In this document: one piece after another, positions 37,481 through 47,635 of the stretch
How the letters are laid out: each line of letters begins with the position of its first letter
How positions within the stretch are numbered: position 1 is the first letter of the stretch
The notes under the pieces: generated by a model
Seen by the model: the letters and a program-made list of their open reading frames with translations, nothing else
Databases searched by the model: none
Told to the model about the DNA's origin: nothing
NCBI GenBank assembly: GCA_007125955.1
Contig: SLCF01000031.1
Location: 31,637-95,636, forward strand
From: Bacteroidales bacterium
Lineage (GTDB): Bacteria > Bacteroidota > Bacteroidia > Bacteroidales > PUMT01
Direction of reading: 5' to 3'
DNA: 64,000 nt
Translations under genes and position numbers: made by a program

Positions 37481-38687
37481 ATATCACTTCTTTATTGATG
37501 AGTTGTTCAATTTGTTCATTTTTAATATTTAGCATACCCGACAATATACCTCTTGTATGTTCCCCGTAGTGGGGAGGACGCGGCAACTGCTCCCTGACGG
37601 AAATTTTATTGCAGCTGAAAGAGACGGAACGCACACCTTTTATTGTTCCTGATTTAGTCGGTGCTTCAAACAGCATCCCTTTTGCCTCAGGCGTCTCAAA
37701 AACCTCCTTCATATTATATACACCTCCCGCAGGCACTGCTTTCTCCCTCATCATTTCAAGTATCTCGCTTCTTCTGTATTTGCCTATCAGTTCCTGCAGT
37801 ATGGATTTGATCTCATCACCGTTCCGTACCCTGTCCTGGTTTTTCCTGAACCTGCTGTCATCTGCCAGGCCGGCTCTCCCGAGCAGCTTGCAAAGCTCCC
37901 TGAACTGCTTGTCAGTTCCTACAGCAATCACTATCTCCTTATCATCCGCCGTTCTGAAAATGGTTCCATACGGCACTATATTGGGATGATCGGAACCTAT
38001 CCTTTTGGGAATCGACCCTCCCACCAGCCAGTTTGTTGCCTGATTGGCAAGGGATGCTAAACCTGACTTGTAAAGGGACGATTCGATATACTGCCCCTCT
38101 CCATGCAGCTCACGGGAAAGAAGTCCGAGAAGTATAGCCTCCTTCAGCTGGTGTGCCGCCAGCACATCCATCAGTGCAACAGGCATCTTTGTCGGGTTGC
38201 CCCCGGGTTCGCCATTCATATATGTAAATCCGCTTTCAGCCTGAATAATGGCATCGTATCCCGCCCTTTTGTTATTCACTCCGTATCCGGTGATATGTGC
38301 AAAAATGATACGGGGGTTCAGCTTACTGAGAACCGGATAGTCCACTTTAAGCTTTTCCGCATCTCCCGGCTTGTAGCTTACAAGTACAATATCACACTTC
38401 TGCACCAGACTGTAAATAATATCCAGTCCTTCATCCTTTGTCAGATCTACTGCAAGCGAACGCTTTCCCCAGTTTACACAAGAGAAATAACCGGAGATGT
38501 CTGTTTCCGGATCCTCAGAAGAGAGTTTCCAGTGGCGGGTCACATCGCCGCAGCTTTTTATATTTTCGATTTTCAGAACATCTGCTCCCAGCTCTGCAAG
38601 GAACATCCCGACACTCGGGCCGGCCAGTACGTTTGCCAGTTCAAGTACGGTGATTCCTTCAAGGGGTAGTTTGGATCTTTTATCCAT
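37464..38687 (-). CDS. Family III (CaiB/BaiF) CoA-transferase
   Basis: LAGP...LAELGADVLKIE, NWGKRSL.VDL, GYDAIIQAESG, catalytic-Asp region ALMDVLAA, PP.YGEHT. Confidence 0.92.
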   Translation of the reverse strand: MDKRSKLPLEGITVLELANVLAGPSVGMFLAELGADVLKIENIKSCGDVTRHWKLSSEDPETDISGYFSCVNWGKRSLAVDLTKDEGLDIIYSLVQKCDIVLVSYKPGDAEKLKVDYPVLSKLNPRIIFAHITGYGVNNKRAGYDAIIQAESGFTYMNGEPGGNPTKMPVALMDVLAAHQLKEAILLGLLSRELHGEGQYIESSLYKSGLASLANQATNWLVGGSIPKRIGSDHPNIVPYGTIFRTADDKEIVIAVGTDKQFRELCKLLGRAGLADDSRFRKNQDRVRNGDEIKSILQELIGKYRRSEILEMMREKAVPAGGVYNMKEVFETPEAKGMLFEAPTKSGTIKGVRSVSFSCNKISVREQLPRPPHYGEHTRGILSGMLNIKNEQIEQLINKEVIYAKDQ

Positions 38688-38723
38688 AAGTTTAAATACT
38701 AATGATTATACAAATTTCCTCTT

Positions 38724-40187
38724 TTACACGCTGCTGTTTTTCCTTTTCAGGCGTGACCATAAGTTGCCCAGTATGATAAGTACTATTGCCGACCCTACTC
38801 CCACAAATGTGTCTTCTACGTCAAACCATCCCGCACCTTTGCCTATAATACTTATCAGAATTGCAACCGTTCCTCCGGCAAATGCAAACCGCACACCGTC
38901 AGAGGAAATCCAGCCTTTGAAATAGATGCCCATAATGATCACTATAGCTCCTATAGCCCTTATGGCATAGGAGATATATGCCGCATCCAGAACCTCCCTC
39001 TGGACGAATATGGCAAGGGGAATAACCACGAAATTTACCAGTATAACCAGTCTCCTGGCAGTCGTTATCACTTTCTGGTCAACCGCACTCTTGTTAATGA
39101 GCCCATGGTAGATATCCTTTGTGGCAATTGTAACAACGGCAAAGTTAACAGGTCCCACAGTAGAGAGGATGGCTGCCAAAACTCCTGCCAGTGCAAGCCC
39201 CCCAAGCACCGGGTGAATAAACTCCGGGGTGGTCATTAGAGTGGGAAGCACCATTTTTGCGTTCAGGGATTGTGTCAGCTCGTTCCAGAGCGGACTTGCG
39301 GGTCCTTCAACCGAAAAGAATATTCCGGTGCGCCCTATCAGTCCCAGTATTGCAACCATTATACCGAACGGTGCTATTATAAGGCTTGAGAGGATAGCAG
39401 CCTTTCTTGCTGTAGCGGCATTTCTTGCTGCAAATATGGGCTGAATACTTGCCTGACCTGCCATACCGCCAAGCACGCCTCCAATTACCAGACTGATTGC
39501 ATATGACATGTCCCCGCTGAACGGATTGTACCAGTTCTGAGGTGAACCAAGGTCAACGAGCTTTTCCGAAAGCGATCCGAAGCCACTTACCTTGTCAAGT
39601 CCGATTATAAGCGCAATACCTATTCCGGTGAACATTGCCACAACATGTATTATACCGGTAATGGCAAGTGCATGCATCCCGCCCACATATGTGTAGGCTG
39701 TAATGATAAGAGACGATATTAGCACCGCATTGACCCAGCTTATTTCAAACAGCGGACCAAGTACCGAAGCACAGGTCTGCAGCTGAACATATGAAAGGGC
39801 TATATATGCCAGTAAAAAAGCTACCGCCGAAACACTTTTGGTTCTGCGGCCAAACAGATGCTCAAGCATTTCGCTTACTGTATGAACGTTCTTTTCACGG
39901 TATTTTTTTGCAACTGTGAAGCCGATTATGATCATCCCCAGGGCCGTGGAAATATTATACAAAATGGGCTGCATGGTTCCCGAATTGAAAGAGTTTTCGC
40001 TTACTCCTATTGTGCTCATACCTCCAAGCCATTCGGATGCCACTACAACAGCACATGCAATAATTCCAAGGTTTCTTCCCGCAATCAGGTAATCAACGGA
40101 TGACCGGCTGGCTATTCTTTTGGTAAACAATGAAACAATTATAACAAAAAGAAAATAGCCCAGTATAACGGTAAGATATGTGTTCAT
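38724..40187 (-). CDS. Sodium:solute symporter (SSS family)
   Basis: About 13 TM segments; DYLIAGR, SEWLGGMSTIG, YVGGM, LAAILST. Start at ATG 40187. Confidence 0.9.
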   Translation of the reverse strand: MNTYLTVILGYFLFVIIVSLFTKRIASRSSVDYLIAGRNLGIIACAVVVASEWLGGMSTIGVSENSFNSGTMQPILYNISTALGMIIIGFTVAKKYREKNVHTVSEMLEHLFGRRTKSVSAVAFLLAYIALSYVQLQTCASVLGPLFEISWVNAVLISSLIITAYTYVGGMHALAITGIIHVVAMFTGIGIALIIGLDKVSGFGSLSEKLVDLGSPQNWYNPFSGDMSYAISLVIGGVLGGMAGQASIQPIFAARNAATARKAAILSSLIIAPFGIMVAILGLIGRTGIFFSVEGPASPLWNELTQSLNAKMVLPTLMTTPEFIHPVLGGLALAGVLAAILSTVGPVNFAVVTIATKDIYHGLINKSAVDQKVITTARRLVILVNFVVIPLAIFVQREVLDAAYISYAIRAIGAIVIIMGIYFKGWISSDGVRFAFAGGTVAILISIIGKGAGWFDVEDTFVGVGSAIVLIILGNLWSRLKRKNSSV

Positions 40188-40211
40188 TTTACACTGTTTA
40201 AATGCGCAATG

Positions 40212-40219
40212 CAAATCTA
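40212..40219 (-). promoter_or_regulatory. -7 element (TAGATTTG) for the SSS-CaiB-OFOR unit
   Basis: Exact TAnnTTTG 25 nt upstream of ATG 40187. Confidence 0.5.
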
Positions 40220-40284
40220 ATATTTAGGGTCATAAAAGCAAATAATATTTATCATCGCCTTTTTGTTGAATTATACTTTTAATT

Positions 40285-43227
40285 CTATTCACTTAACAGT
40301 GCGTCGAAGAGGATCTCAACAGGGTGCAATGCCTTCCTTCCGGTACCGTCAAGAATATGCACACGGCAGCTTGTACCGTTTGCGGCAATAATTGCACTGC
40401 CGGATGCGGAACGTATTTCCGGAAAAAGTACCGTTTCACCAATTTTCATTGAAAGATCATAATGCTCTTTTTCATAACCGAAAGAGCCTGCCATACCGCA
40501 GCATCCCGAAGGAATCTCTTCAGCGGTGTAATTTTCCGGACAGGAGAGCATTTTTAAGGTATCAGCTGTAGATGAGAGGGCTTTCTGCTGGCAATGGCCG
40601 TGCAGCAATATTCCTGCCCGGGCAGTTGTAAAAACCTCCTTTGTAATATTACCCCTGTCAATTTCCCTGCTTATGAACTCATCTATCAGCATTGCCGACC
40701 CAGCAAGTTTTTTCGCCTTCTCTTTCAGCTCCACACCTGCAAGATCGGGATACTCATCACGAAGTGAAAGTATTGCCGAGGGTTCAATACCCACTAAAGG
40801 TATATTCTCATATTCATCATCACTCAAAATACGAATGTTTTCCCTTGCTATGCCGGCAGCCCTCCTTAGCAGTCCCTTTGATATCAAAGCCCTTCCGCTC
40901 TGATGGTGGCGTGGCATCTCCACACTGTACCCGAGCGATGAAAGCAGTCTGATGGCGGCTATACCTACATGAACGTCGTTGTAACAGGTGAATTCGTCTG
41001 TAAAAATTCTGACCCTGCCCTTTTCCCCCGGCACAACCGGTCCGGAAAGGTTCCTTTCAGCCCATTTCCACATTGTGGTCTCCCCTATCAAAGGGAGGCT
41101 GCGTTCAGGGGCAAAACCTGCAATCCTCTTGACCAGTAGGGATGAAAGGCGGTTTCTCAGAAAAAAATTGAATGGTGCAGGCCAGAGTGAGCCCATACGG
41201 TTAAAGATTGTCAATCCGGCAATCAGCCTTACCCGGAAAGGTATGCCTTCTTTATCGTAGTAATGCTGCAGGAACTCAGTTTTAAGTTTTGCCATATCTA
41301 CCCCGGAAGGGCACTCCGATTTGCAACCTTTGCAAAGAATGCACAAGTCCATTACCTTCAGAACATCATTCCTTTCCACCATAGCTCCTTCCGGCCCGCC
41401 TGTCAGGTACTCCCTCAAAATATTTGCCCTTGCACGGGTGGTATCGGTTTCTTCGCGTGTAGCCATGTAGCTGGGACACATAACCCCGCCTGAACCTTCA
41501 GTTTTTCTGCAGTCACCTGAACCGTTACACTTTTCCGCGGCACGAAGGAATCCGGCGGTTGCAGAAAAATTGTAAACTGTTTGCGGTTCCCGGTGCTCTT
41601 TTCCCGGCTCATACCTCAGGTGTGTATCCATGGGTGGCGTGGAAGTTATCTTTCCGGGATTAAAAACGTTACCGGGATCCCAGCACTCCTTCACACGGCA
41701 AAGCAGTTCATGGTTTTTACTGCCCAGCACAACAGGGATAAACTCACCTCTCAGCCTGCCGTCACCATGTTCTCCGCTCAGCGATCCCCGGTGCTTCTTA
41801 ACCAGCAGTGCCACTTCATATGCCAGTTTTCTGAAAATCTTTACATCTTCCGGATCCTTCAGGTTAAGGACAGGACGGAGATGCAGCTCACCCGAGCCTA
41901 TATGGGCATGGTAGACACATTCTTTCCCGTAACGTGAAAGTATCCTGCGGAAACCGGAAATGTAAGCGGGGATTTCCCTCACATCCACGGCGGTATCCTC
42001 TATAACCGAAACAGGACGGGCATCCCCTTTCATATTTGAGAGAACACCAAGGGCGGCTTTCCGGAGATTCCAGACACGGTTAATATCTTCTCCCGTAATA
42101 ACCGGAAAATAGTAGCCGTAACCTTCATCGCGCATCTCTTTTTCAATGTTACCGGCTTTTTCCTTAACTTCTTCCGTTGAATTCCCTGCCAGTTCCACAA
42201 TTAGGATTGCCCCGGGATCTCCCTTTATAAAAAAACGATTTGCCGCCTGCTCCCTGTTCTCTTTGGTGAAGTGAAGAACCGTCCTGTCCATCAACTCTAC
42301 AGCATACGGATTGTGGCGAAGCACCGTCAGATTGGCACTGAACACATTTTCAAGCTTCTCCATATGTATGCATACCAGTGCCTTTACCGGCGGTGGAAGC
42401 GGCACAAGTGCAACCTTCAGCTCAGTGGTAAACGCCAGTGTTCCTTCGGAACCTGCAAGAAGTGAACAAAAATTGAACTGTTTACCGCCCCCGGTAAAGG
42501 GGACGGTATCCAGCAACATATCAAGCGCATATCCGGTATTCCTTCTTTTAACTTCGGGCGCCGGAAACTCCCTTCTGATCTCCTCCCTTATAACCGGATT
42601 GGATAAAATTTCCCCTGCTTGACGATATATGCGTCCCTCCAGTGTGCCGGGAATACACTTTTCCTCAAAACCTTCCTTATCAAGGGGCATAAACTGAGCC
42701 TCCGTCCCGTCACTCAATACTACATTCATCCCGATAAGATGGTCGCGGGTACTTCCATAAACAAGCGAACGGGAGCCGCACGAATTGTTTCCCGCCATCC
42801 CTCCTATTACACAACGGTTGGATGTAGATGTATCGGGGGCAAAAAACAGTCCGTATCTGTGCAGATATCTGTTAAGGTCGTCCAGAACAACACCGGGCTG
42901 CACCCTCACCCATTTTTCGTCTTCATTTACCTCAAGGATCCTGTTCATATGACGGGATATATCTGCAACTATACCGTTACCGACAACCTGTCCGGCCAGC
43001 GAAGTGCCACCACCTCTTGGTATAACCGTGAGTCTTCTCAGAGAAGCAAAGCGTATAAGATGCACTACATCAGCAGCATCAACAGGAGTACATACTGCCA
43101 GCGGGATCTCCCTGTAAACAGAAGCATCTGTAGCATACATCAATCTTGCTGAGGCAGAAGTATCAATTTCTCCCCTGAACCTGCTTTTCAGCTCTGAAAA
43201 ATCCTCATATATCAGTTTATCCGACAT
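40285..43227 (-). CDS. FAD- and Fe-S-binding oxidoreductase (YdiJ/D-2-hydroxyacid dehydrogenase-like)
   Basis: PRGGGTSLAGQ, GSEGTL, GEHGDG, CNGSGDC, CILCKGCKSECP, HGHC, CCGMAGSFG. Confidence 0.88.
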   Translation of the reverse strand: MSDKLIYEDFSELKSRFRGEIDTSASARLMYATDASVYREIPLAVCTPVDAADVVHLIRFASLRRLTVIPRGGGTSLAGQVVGNGIVADISRHMNRILEVNEDEKWVRVQPGVVLDDLNRYLHRYGLFFAPDTSTSNRCVIGGMAGNNSCGSRSLVYGSTRDHLIGMNVVLSDGTEAQFMPLDKEGFEEKCIPGTLEGRIYRQAGEILSNPVIREEIRREFPAPEVKRRNTGYALDMLLDTVPFTGGGKQFNFCSLLAGSEGTLAFTTELKVALVPLPPPVKALVCIHMEKLENVFSANLTVLRHNPYAVELMDRTVLHFTKENREQAANRFFIKGDPGAILIVELAGNSTEEVKEKAGNIEKEMRDEGYGYYFPVITGEDINRVWNLRKAALGVLSNMKGDARPVSVIEDTAVDVREIPAYISGFRRILSRYGKECVYHAHIGSGELHLRPVLNLKDPEDVKIFRKLAYEVALLVKKHRGSLSGEHGDGRLRGEFIPVVLGSKNHELLCRVKECWDPGNVFNPGKITSTPPMDTHLRYEPGKEHREPQTVYNFSATAGFLRAAEKCNGSGDCRKTEGSGGVMCPSYMATREETDTTRARANILREYLTGGPEGAMVERNDVLKVMDLCILCKGCKSECPSGVDMAKLKTEFLQHYYDKEGIPFRVRLIAGLTIFNRMGSLWPAPFNFFLRNRLSSLLVKRIAGFAPERSLPLIGETTMWKWAERNLSGPVVPGEKGRVRIFTDEFTCYNDVHVGIAAIRLLSSLGYSVEMPRHHQSGRALISKGLLRRAAGIARENIRILSDDEYENIPLVGIEPSAILSLRDEYPDLAGVELKEKAKKLAGSAMLIDEFISREIDRGNITKEVFTTARAGILLHGHCQQKALSSTADTLKMLSCPENYTAEEIPSGCCGMAGSFGYEKEHYDLSMKIGETVLFPEIRSASGSAIIAANGTSCRVHILDGTGRKALHPVEILFDALLSE

Positions 43228-43246
43228 CCTTTTCTTTTGTGCCCGT

Positions 43247-43292
43247 AAAAAACAGACCTGCAGCCTTCACTTTCAGTGTGAGGACTGCAGGT
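43247..43292 (-). terminator. Terminator of the V/A-type ATPase operon
   Basis: Long GC-rich stem with ACCTGCAG.../...CTGCAGGT arms, followed by CTGTTTTTT on the minus strand. Confidence 0.7.
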
Positions 43293-43320
43293 TCAGAAAT
43301 ATAGTATTAAACCGTACGGT

Positions 43321-43788
<468 letters not shown>

Positions 43789-43799
43789 TTAGATTAAAG

Positions 43800-45623
43800 T
43801 TAAATTAATTTTCTGTAAGGATTATATTGTTTACCGCCACCGGAAAAACCGGCATTCTTGTAAAACTCAACAAAAGTAAGACGGAGCGGATGGACGAATG
43901 ATCCGAGTCCAGACATGAATATATTGATACTGTGGCCAATAATAAGTATTATAACCATAATAAGTATGTTCAGAACGGGTATACTTCCGCTCATGGCTAC
44001 TGCAAGGCTGTTGAACACATAGCCCAGAATAGCGCTCGATACCCCGAGTGCAAAAAGCCTTATATAGGAAAGCAGGTCTCCGAGAACACCGGTAACCATG
44101 TTGTATGTGTTCCACAGTCCGATCCCGAAATTCATTGCAATATTCCTGTTGAGGTTATTTAAAAAGAGGATCAGTAACCCGCCAACAGCCAGAACGACAT
44201 AATAGGCAATTTTGAGAGCTTCCTGGGAGAGTGATGTAACCTCGCCGGTAATATACACTGTAACAAGTCCGGTAAGCAGAAAAATCCACCCGATTGTCCC
44301 GACTGCCTGCTTCCACCCAAACTGCATCGATTCATTGACAGCCTTCAGCACCAGTCCAAACAGTATCTGTATGCCGCCTAGCATAAGTGACAAATAGAAA
44401 AGCACACTGTTAATGTCGGTTCCCTGTGCATCAAAATACTGCTGCATTGACGAATAGAAAGGAAGGTTGGTTTCATAAAGGGGTATTCCGAAAAACGTAC
44501 CGCTTATAATTCCGAAAAAGATTGTTGCCAGTCCGAGATAAAAAACAAGCGTCATAACCTGCTTTAATTCCTTGCCCACCCTGCCTTTGGCAATCTGGGC
44601 ACCGACAGCCATCAGTATTCCGTACCCCGCATCTCCAAGGCAAAAACCAAAAAAGAGGGCGTAAAAAGGTGCAAAAAACGGGGTCATATCCAGTTCGGTA
44701 TATTTAGGCAATGAGTAAAGCTCGCTAAGCACCTCGAACTTCGCGGGGAACTTTTTGTTTTTGAGCTGAATAGGCACTTTTTCAACCTCCTTGTCTGAGG
44801 GAGTGGAAGTAAAATAAACAGCACCGGTTTCATCGAGGTACTTGTTAATCTCTTCAACCTTTACCTCAGGTACCCATCCTTCCAGCACCATAAGCTTTTC
44901 ATCCGCCTCCCTTTCCGTATTGAGCACGGTTTTTTCATCCTCAAGCTTCTCTATAAGAGATGCTTTGTAATGCTCCAGAGCGGGTATCGCGCTTTTTGCA
45001 AGACTTTCAAACCTCTTTTCAATCTTTTCAATCTCTTTTTCCGTTTCATCATTGACCTTGAGAACTTCAGAAAGAGATTTTTTTGGCTTCCTTATCTCTT
45101 CGGCCTCAATTTCAACTTTTTCACCCTCCCTTTCTATGGCAACAAAGTAAATAGTGCCTGCCTCGGAACTTATCTCCTCAATATTGTATTTCTCTTTCCA
45201 TTGCGGATCAAACAGCCTTGCCTGTGATAGAAAAAACCTGATCCTGATACCGTTCTCCTCCAGTTTGTTTACCAGGTCAAGCGAAAAGTCACCCCAGTGC
45301 CTCAGTTCGTTGATCTCTTTGCGCATAGCCTTCAGCATATGCTTTTTCTGCTCCTGCTCCTGCTGAAGAGATTTTATCTCTTCGAACAACTCCCCGCCTT
45401 CCTTCTTTGGCTTTGGATTTCCGGGTTCAACCTCCCTTCTCCTGAGAAACTTTATACTTTTTTCAACACTGTCAATCTCCTGGTACTGTTCTCTTAACTC
45501 CTCCGGCACTTCCGGCTCCTTTTCAATTATATGGAGTACTCCTACATCCTTGATCTTCTCAAGGAACTCTTCATATTCCTGGTGATATACAAGGAATGAA
45601 TATTTTTTCATGGGGGTTATCAT
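43800..45623 (-). CDS. ntpI: V/A-type ATPase subunit I (a)
   Basis: LP.Y.E.D.TP, GDAGYG, SYIRLFALG, H.LRL.FVEF. Confidence 0.93.
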   Translation of the reverse strand: MITPMKKYSFLVYHQEYEEFLEKIKDVGVLHIIEKEPEVPEELREQYQEIDSVEKSIKFLRRREVEPGNPKPKKEGGELFEEIKSLQQEQEQKKHMLKAMRKEINELRHWGDFSLDLVNKLEENGIRIRFFLSQARLFDPQWKEKYNIEEISSEAGTIYFVAIEREGEKVEIEAEEIRKPKKSLSEVLKVNDETEKEIEKIEKRFESLAKSAIPALEHYKASLIEKLEDEKTVLNTEREADEKLMVLEGWVPEVKVEEINKYLDETGAVYFTSTPSDKEVEKVPIQLKNKKFPAKFEVLSELYSLPKYTELDMTPFFAPFYALFFGFCLGDAGYGILMAVGAQIAKGRVGKELKQVMTLVFYLGLATIFFGIISGTFFGIPLYETNLPFYSSMQQYFDAQGTDINSVLFYLSLMLGGIQILFGLVLKAVNESMQFGWKQAVGTIGWIFLLTGLVTVYITGEVTSLSQEALKIAYYVVLAVGGLLILFLNNLNRNIAMNFGIGLWNTYNMVTGVLGDLLSYIRLFALGVSSAILGYVFNSLAVAMSGSIPVLNILIMVIILIIGHSINIFMSGLGSFVHPLRLTFVEFYKNAGFSGGGKQYNPYRKLI

Positions 45624-46216
45624 AGCGCCACCTCCTGTTGTCTGCTTTTTACAATTTTCTGTGCCGATTTGGAAAGGTTCTCCTCGTCTTCGAGAAAACG
45701 TTTCACCTTGAGAATGGCATCCTCGTAACCGGGTATCTGTACTTTTTCATACAGGTTCACCTTCTGTGTTGTCTTTTTCCTCGCATAATCAAGCAGCTTC
45801 ATTTTGCGGTAAAAGAAATCACGCTCCATTACCAGCTTTGAAAGGCTTTTAAGTATTTCTATCCCGTCCAGGAACCAGTCGGGTTCACTGAAAAGGCTGA
45901 AGTCACTAACCTCAAAATGAATATCTTCCAGAACAGGCGTTAAAACTCCCGCTATCTTCTTAATTGACGAGTCCACTTTCTTGATCTTAACTATTTCAGG
46001 GTCAAACTCGCACCAAAGACGCATCATGTATTCATACTCCCTGATTTTTTTCTCCAGCTTAGCATCAAGCGCTTCCGCCTGGTCTTTCGCCTTTTTAACC
46101 TCCATGCGCAGTGCCGATTCCTTATTCTTGATGGTCGGCAGTGCTTTAACCCTCATATTGAGCTGTTTGTTCAGCTCCTGCAGGGAGGTCTTGTTATATT
46201 GAAACTTGATAGCCAT
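45620..46216 (-). CDS. ntpD: V/A-type ATPase subunit D
   Basis: LPTIKNKE.ALR, KKTTQKVNLYEKVQIP; position within the operon. Confidence 0.93.
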   Translation of the reverse strand: MAIKFQYNKTSLQELNKQLNMRVKALPTIKNKESALRMEVKKAKDQAEALDAKLEKKIREYEYMMRLWCEFDPEIVKIKKVDSSIKKIAGVLTPVLEDIHFEVSDFSLFSEPDWFLDGIEILKSLSKLVMERDFFYRKMKLLDYARKKTTQKVNLYEKVQIPGYEDAILKVKRFLEDEENLSKSAQKIVKSRQQEVAL

Positions 46217-46269
46217 TGTTCGTCATTTTTTTTATCATCTCTTTCATATCCCTGTAAAAATCCGGGATA

Positions 46270-47598
46270 TCAGTCATCTTTACCGGGCCAGTACTTTTTT
46301 GTCATATCCTCCTTTATACCAACCTCGGCCTTCTCGAAATACTTCCCGAAAAGTTTCCATCCAGTATCAAGCATTGCATCAACATCAATATTCACGTCAA
46401 TTGCAAGCAGCTCCCTTGAATACTCCTTTGCAAAACCGAGAGTCCGTTCATCATAATCCGTAAGATCAAACCCGTTCTCAAGTTTGGTGCGGGCATTTAC
46501 CGCATCAGCATTGAGCCTTACGGCCGCATTCATCACCTGCGGATGGTCTTCACGGGTCTTCTTGCCAATTACAAGCTGCTTAAGCCTTGACAAGCTGCGG
46601 AAGGGGTCTACTATAACCTTCCCGATATCTGTATCCCTTCTCAGGAACAGCTGTCCTTCCGTAATATATCCTGTATTATCGGGTATGGCATGGGTAATAT
46701 CACCGCCTGAAAGGGTTGTAACCGCAACAATGGTGATCGACCCTCCTTCCGGGAACTGTACAGCCTTCTCATAGATCTTTGCCAGGTCGGAATAGAGAGA
46801 CCCGGGCATACTGTCTTTTGACGGTATCTGGTCCATCCGGTTTGAGACAATGCTCAGTGCATCGGCAAAGAGAGTCATATCTGTCAGCAGTACAAGTACA
46901 CTCTCGTTCTTGTCAACCGCAAAATATTCTGCCGCGGTGAGTGCCATATCGGGCACCAGCAGGCGCTCCACCGGGGGGTCCTCGGTTGTGTTTACAAAAC
47001 TGACTATCCTGTCAAGGGCACCTGCATTGTCAAACACATTCTTGTAATAAAGGTAGTCGTCATTGGTAAGGCCCATGCCGCCCAGAATGATCTTGTCAGC
47101 TTTTGCCCGCAATGCAACCATTGCCATAACCTGGTTGTAAGGCTGGTCAGGGTCGGCGAAAAAAGGTATTTTCTGTCCGGATACCAGTGTGTTGTTCAGG
47201 TCTATCCCGGCAATACCTGTTGCAATAAGCTCCGAGGGCTGCATGCGGCGAACAGGGTTTACGGAAGGGCCGCCAATTTCGCGTTCCTCACCTTCAACTT
47301 CCGGTCCGCCATCTATCGGCTCACCGAAAGCATTGAAAAAACGCCCGGCAAGATCTTCGCCTACCTTAATTGTCGGGGGTCTGCCGAAAAAAACCACTTC
47401 CGCATTCGTAGGAATATCTTCAGTTCCTCCGAACACCTGAAGGGTGACATTTTCTCCCTGGATTTTCACTACCTGAGCAAGACGGCCGTTGACCGAAGCC
47501 AGTTCTTCATAGCCCACCCCTTCGGCATTCAGTGAGCATGTAGCCTTGGTGATCTGGGTTATTTTTGTGTATATTTTCTGAAAAGCTTTTGTTTCCAT
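46270..47598 (-). CDS. ntpB: V/A-type ATPase subunit B
   Basis: TGIAGID..NTL..GQKIP, PGSLYSDLA.IYE, PDNTGYITEGQ, SLSRL. Confidence 0.96.
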   Translation of the reverse strand: METKAFQKIYTKITQITKATCSLNAEGVGYEELASVNGRLAQVVKIQGENVTLQVFGGTEDIPTNAEVVFFGRPPTIKVGEDLAGRFFNAFGEPIDGGPEVEGEEREIGGPSVNPVRRMQPSELIATGIAGIDLNNTLVSGQKIPFFADPDQPYNQVMAMVALRAKADKIILGGMGLTNDDYLYYKNVFDNAGALDRIVSFVNTTEDPPVERLLVPDMALTAAEYFAVDKNESVLVLLTDMTLFADALSIVSNRMDQIPSKDSMPGSLYSDLAKIYEKAVQFPEGGSITIVAVTTLSGGDITHAIPDNTGYITEGQLFLRRDTDIGKVIVDPFRSLSRLKQLVIGKKTREDHPQVMNAAVRLNADAVNARTKLENGFDLTDYDERTLGFAKEYSRELLAIDVNIDVDAMLDTGWKLFGKYFEKAEVGIKEDMTKKYWPGKDD

Positions 47599-47635
47599 CG
47601 GTTAATTTTCTTGGTTTTTAATTCCCTTTGATCTG

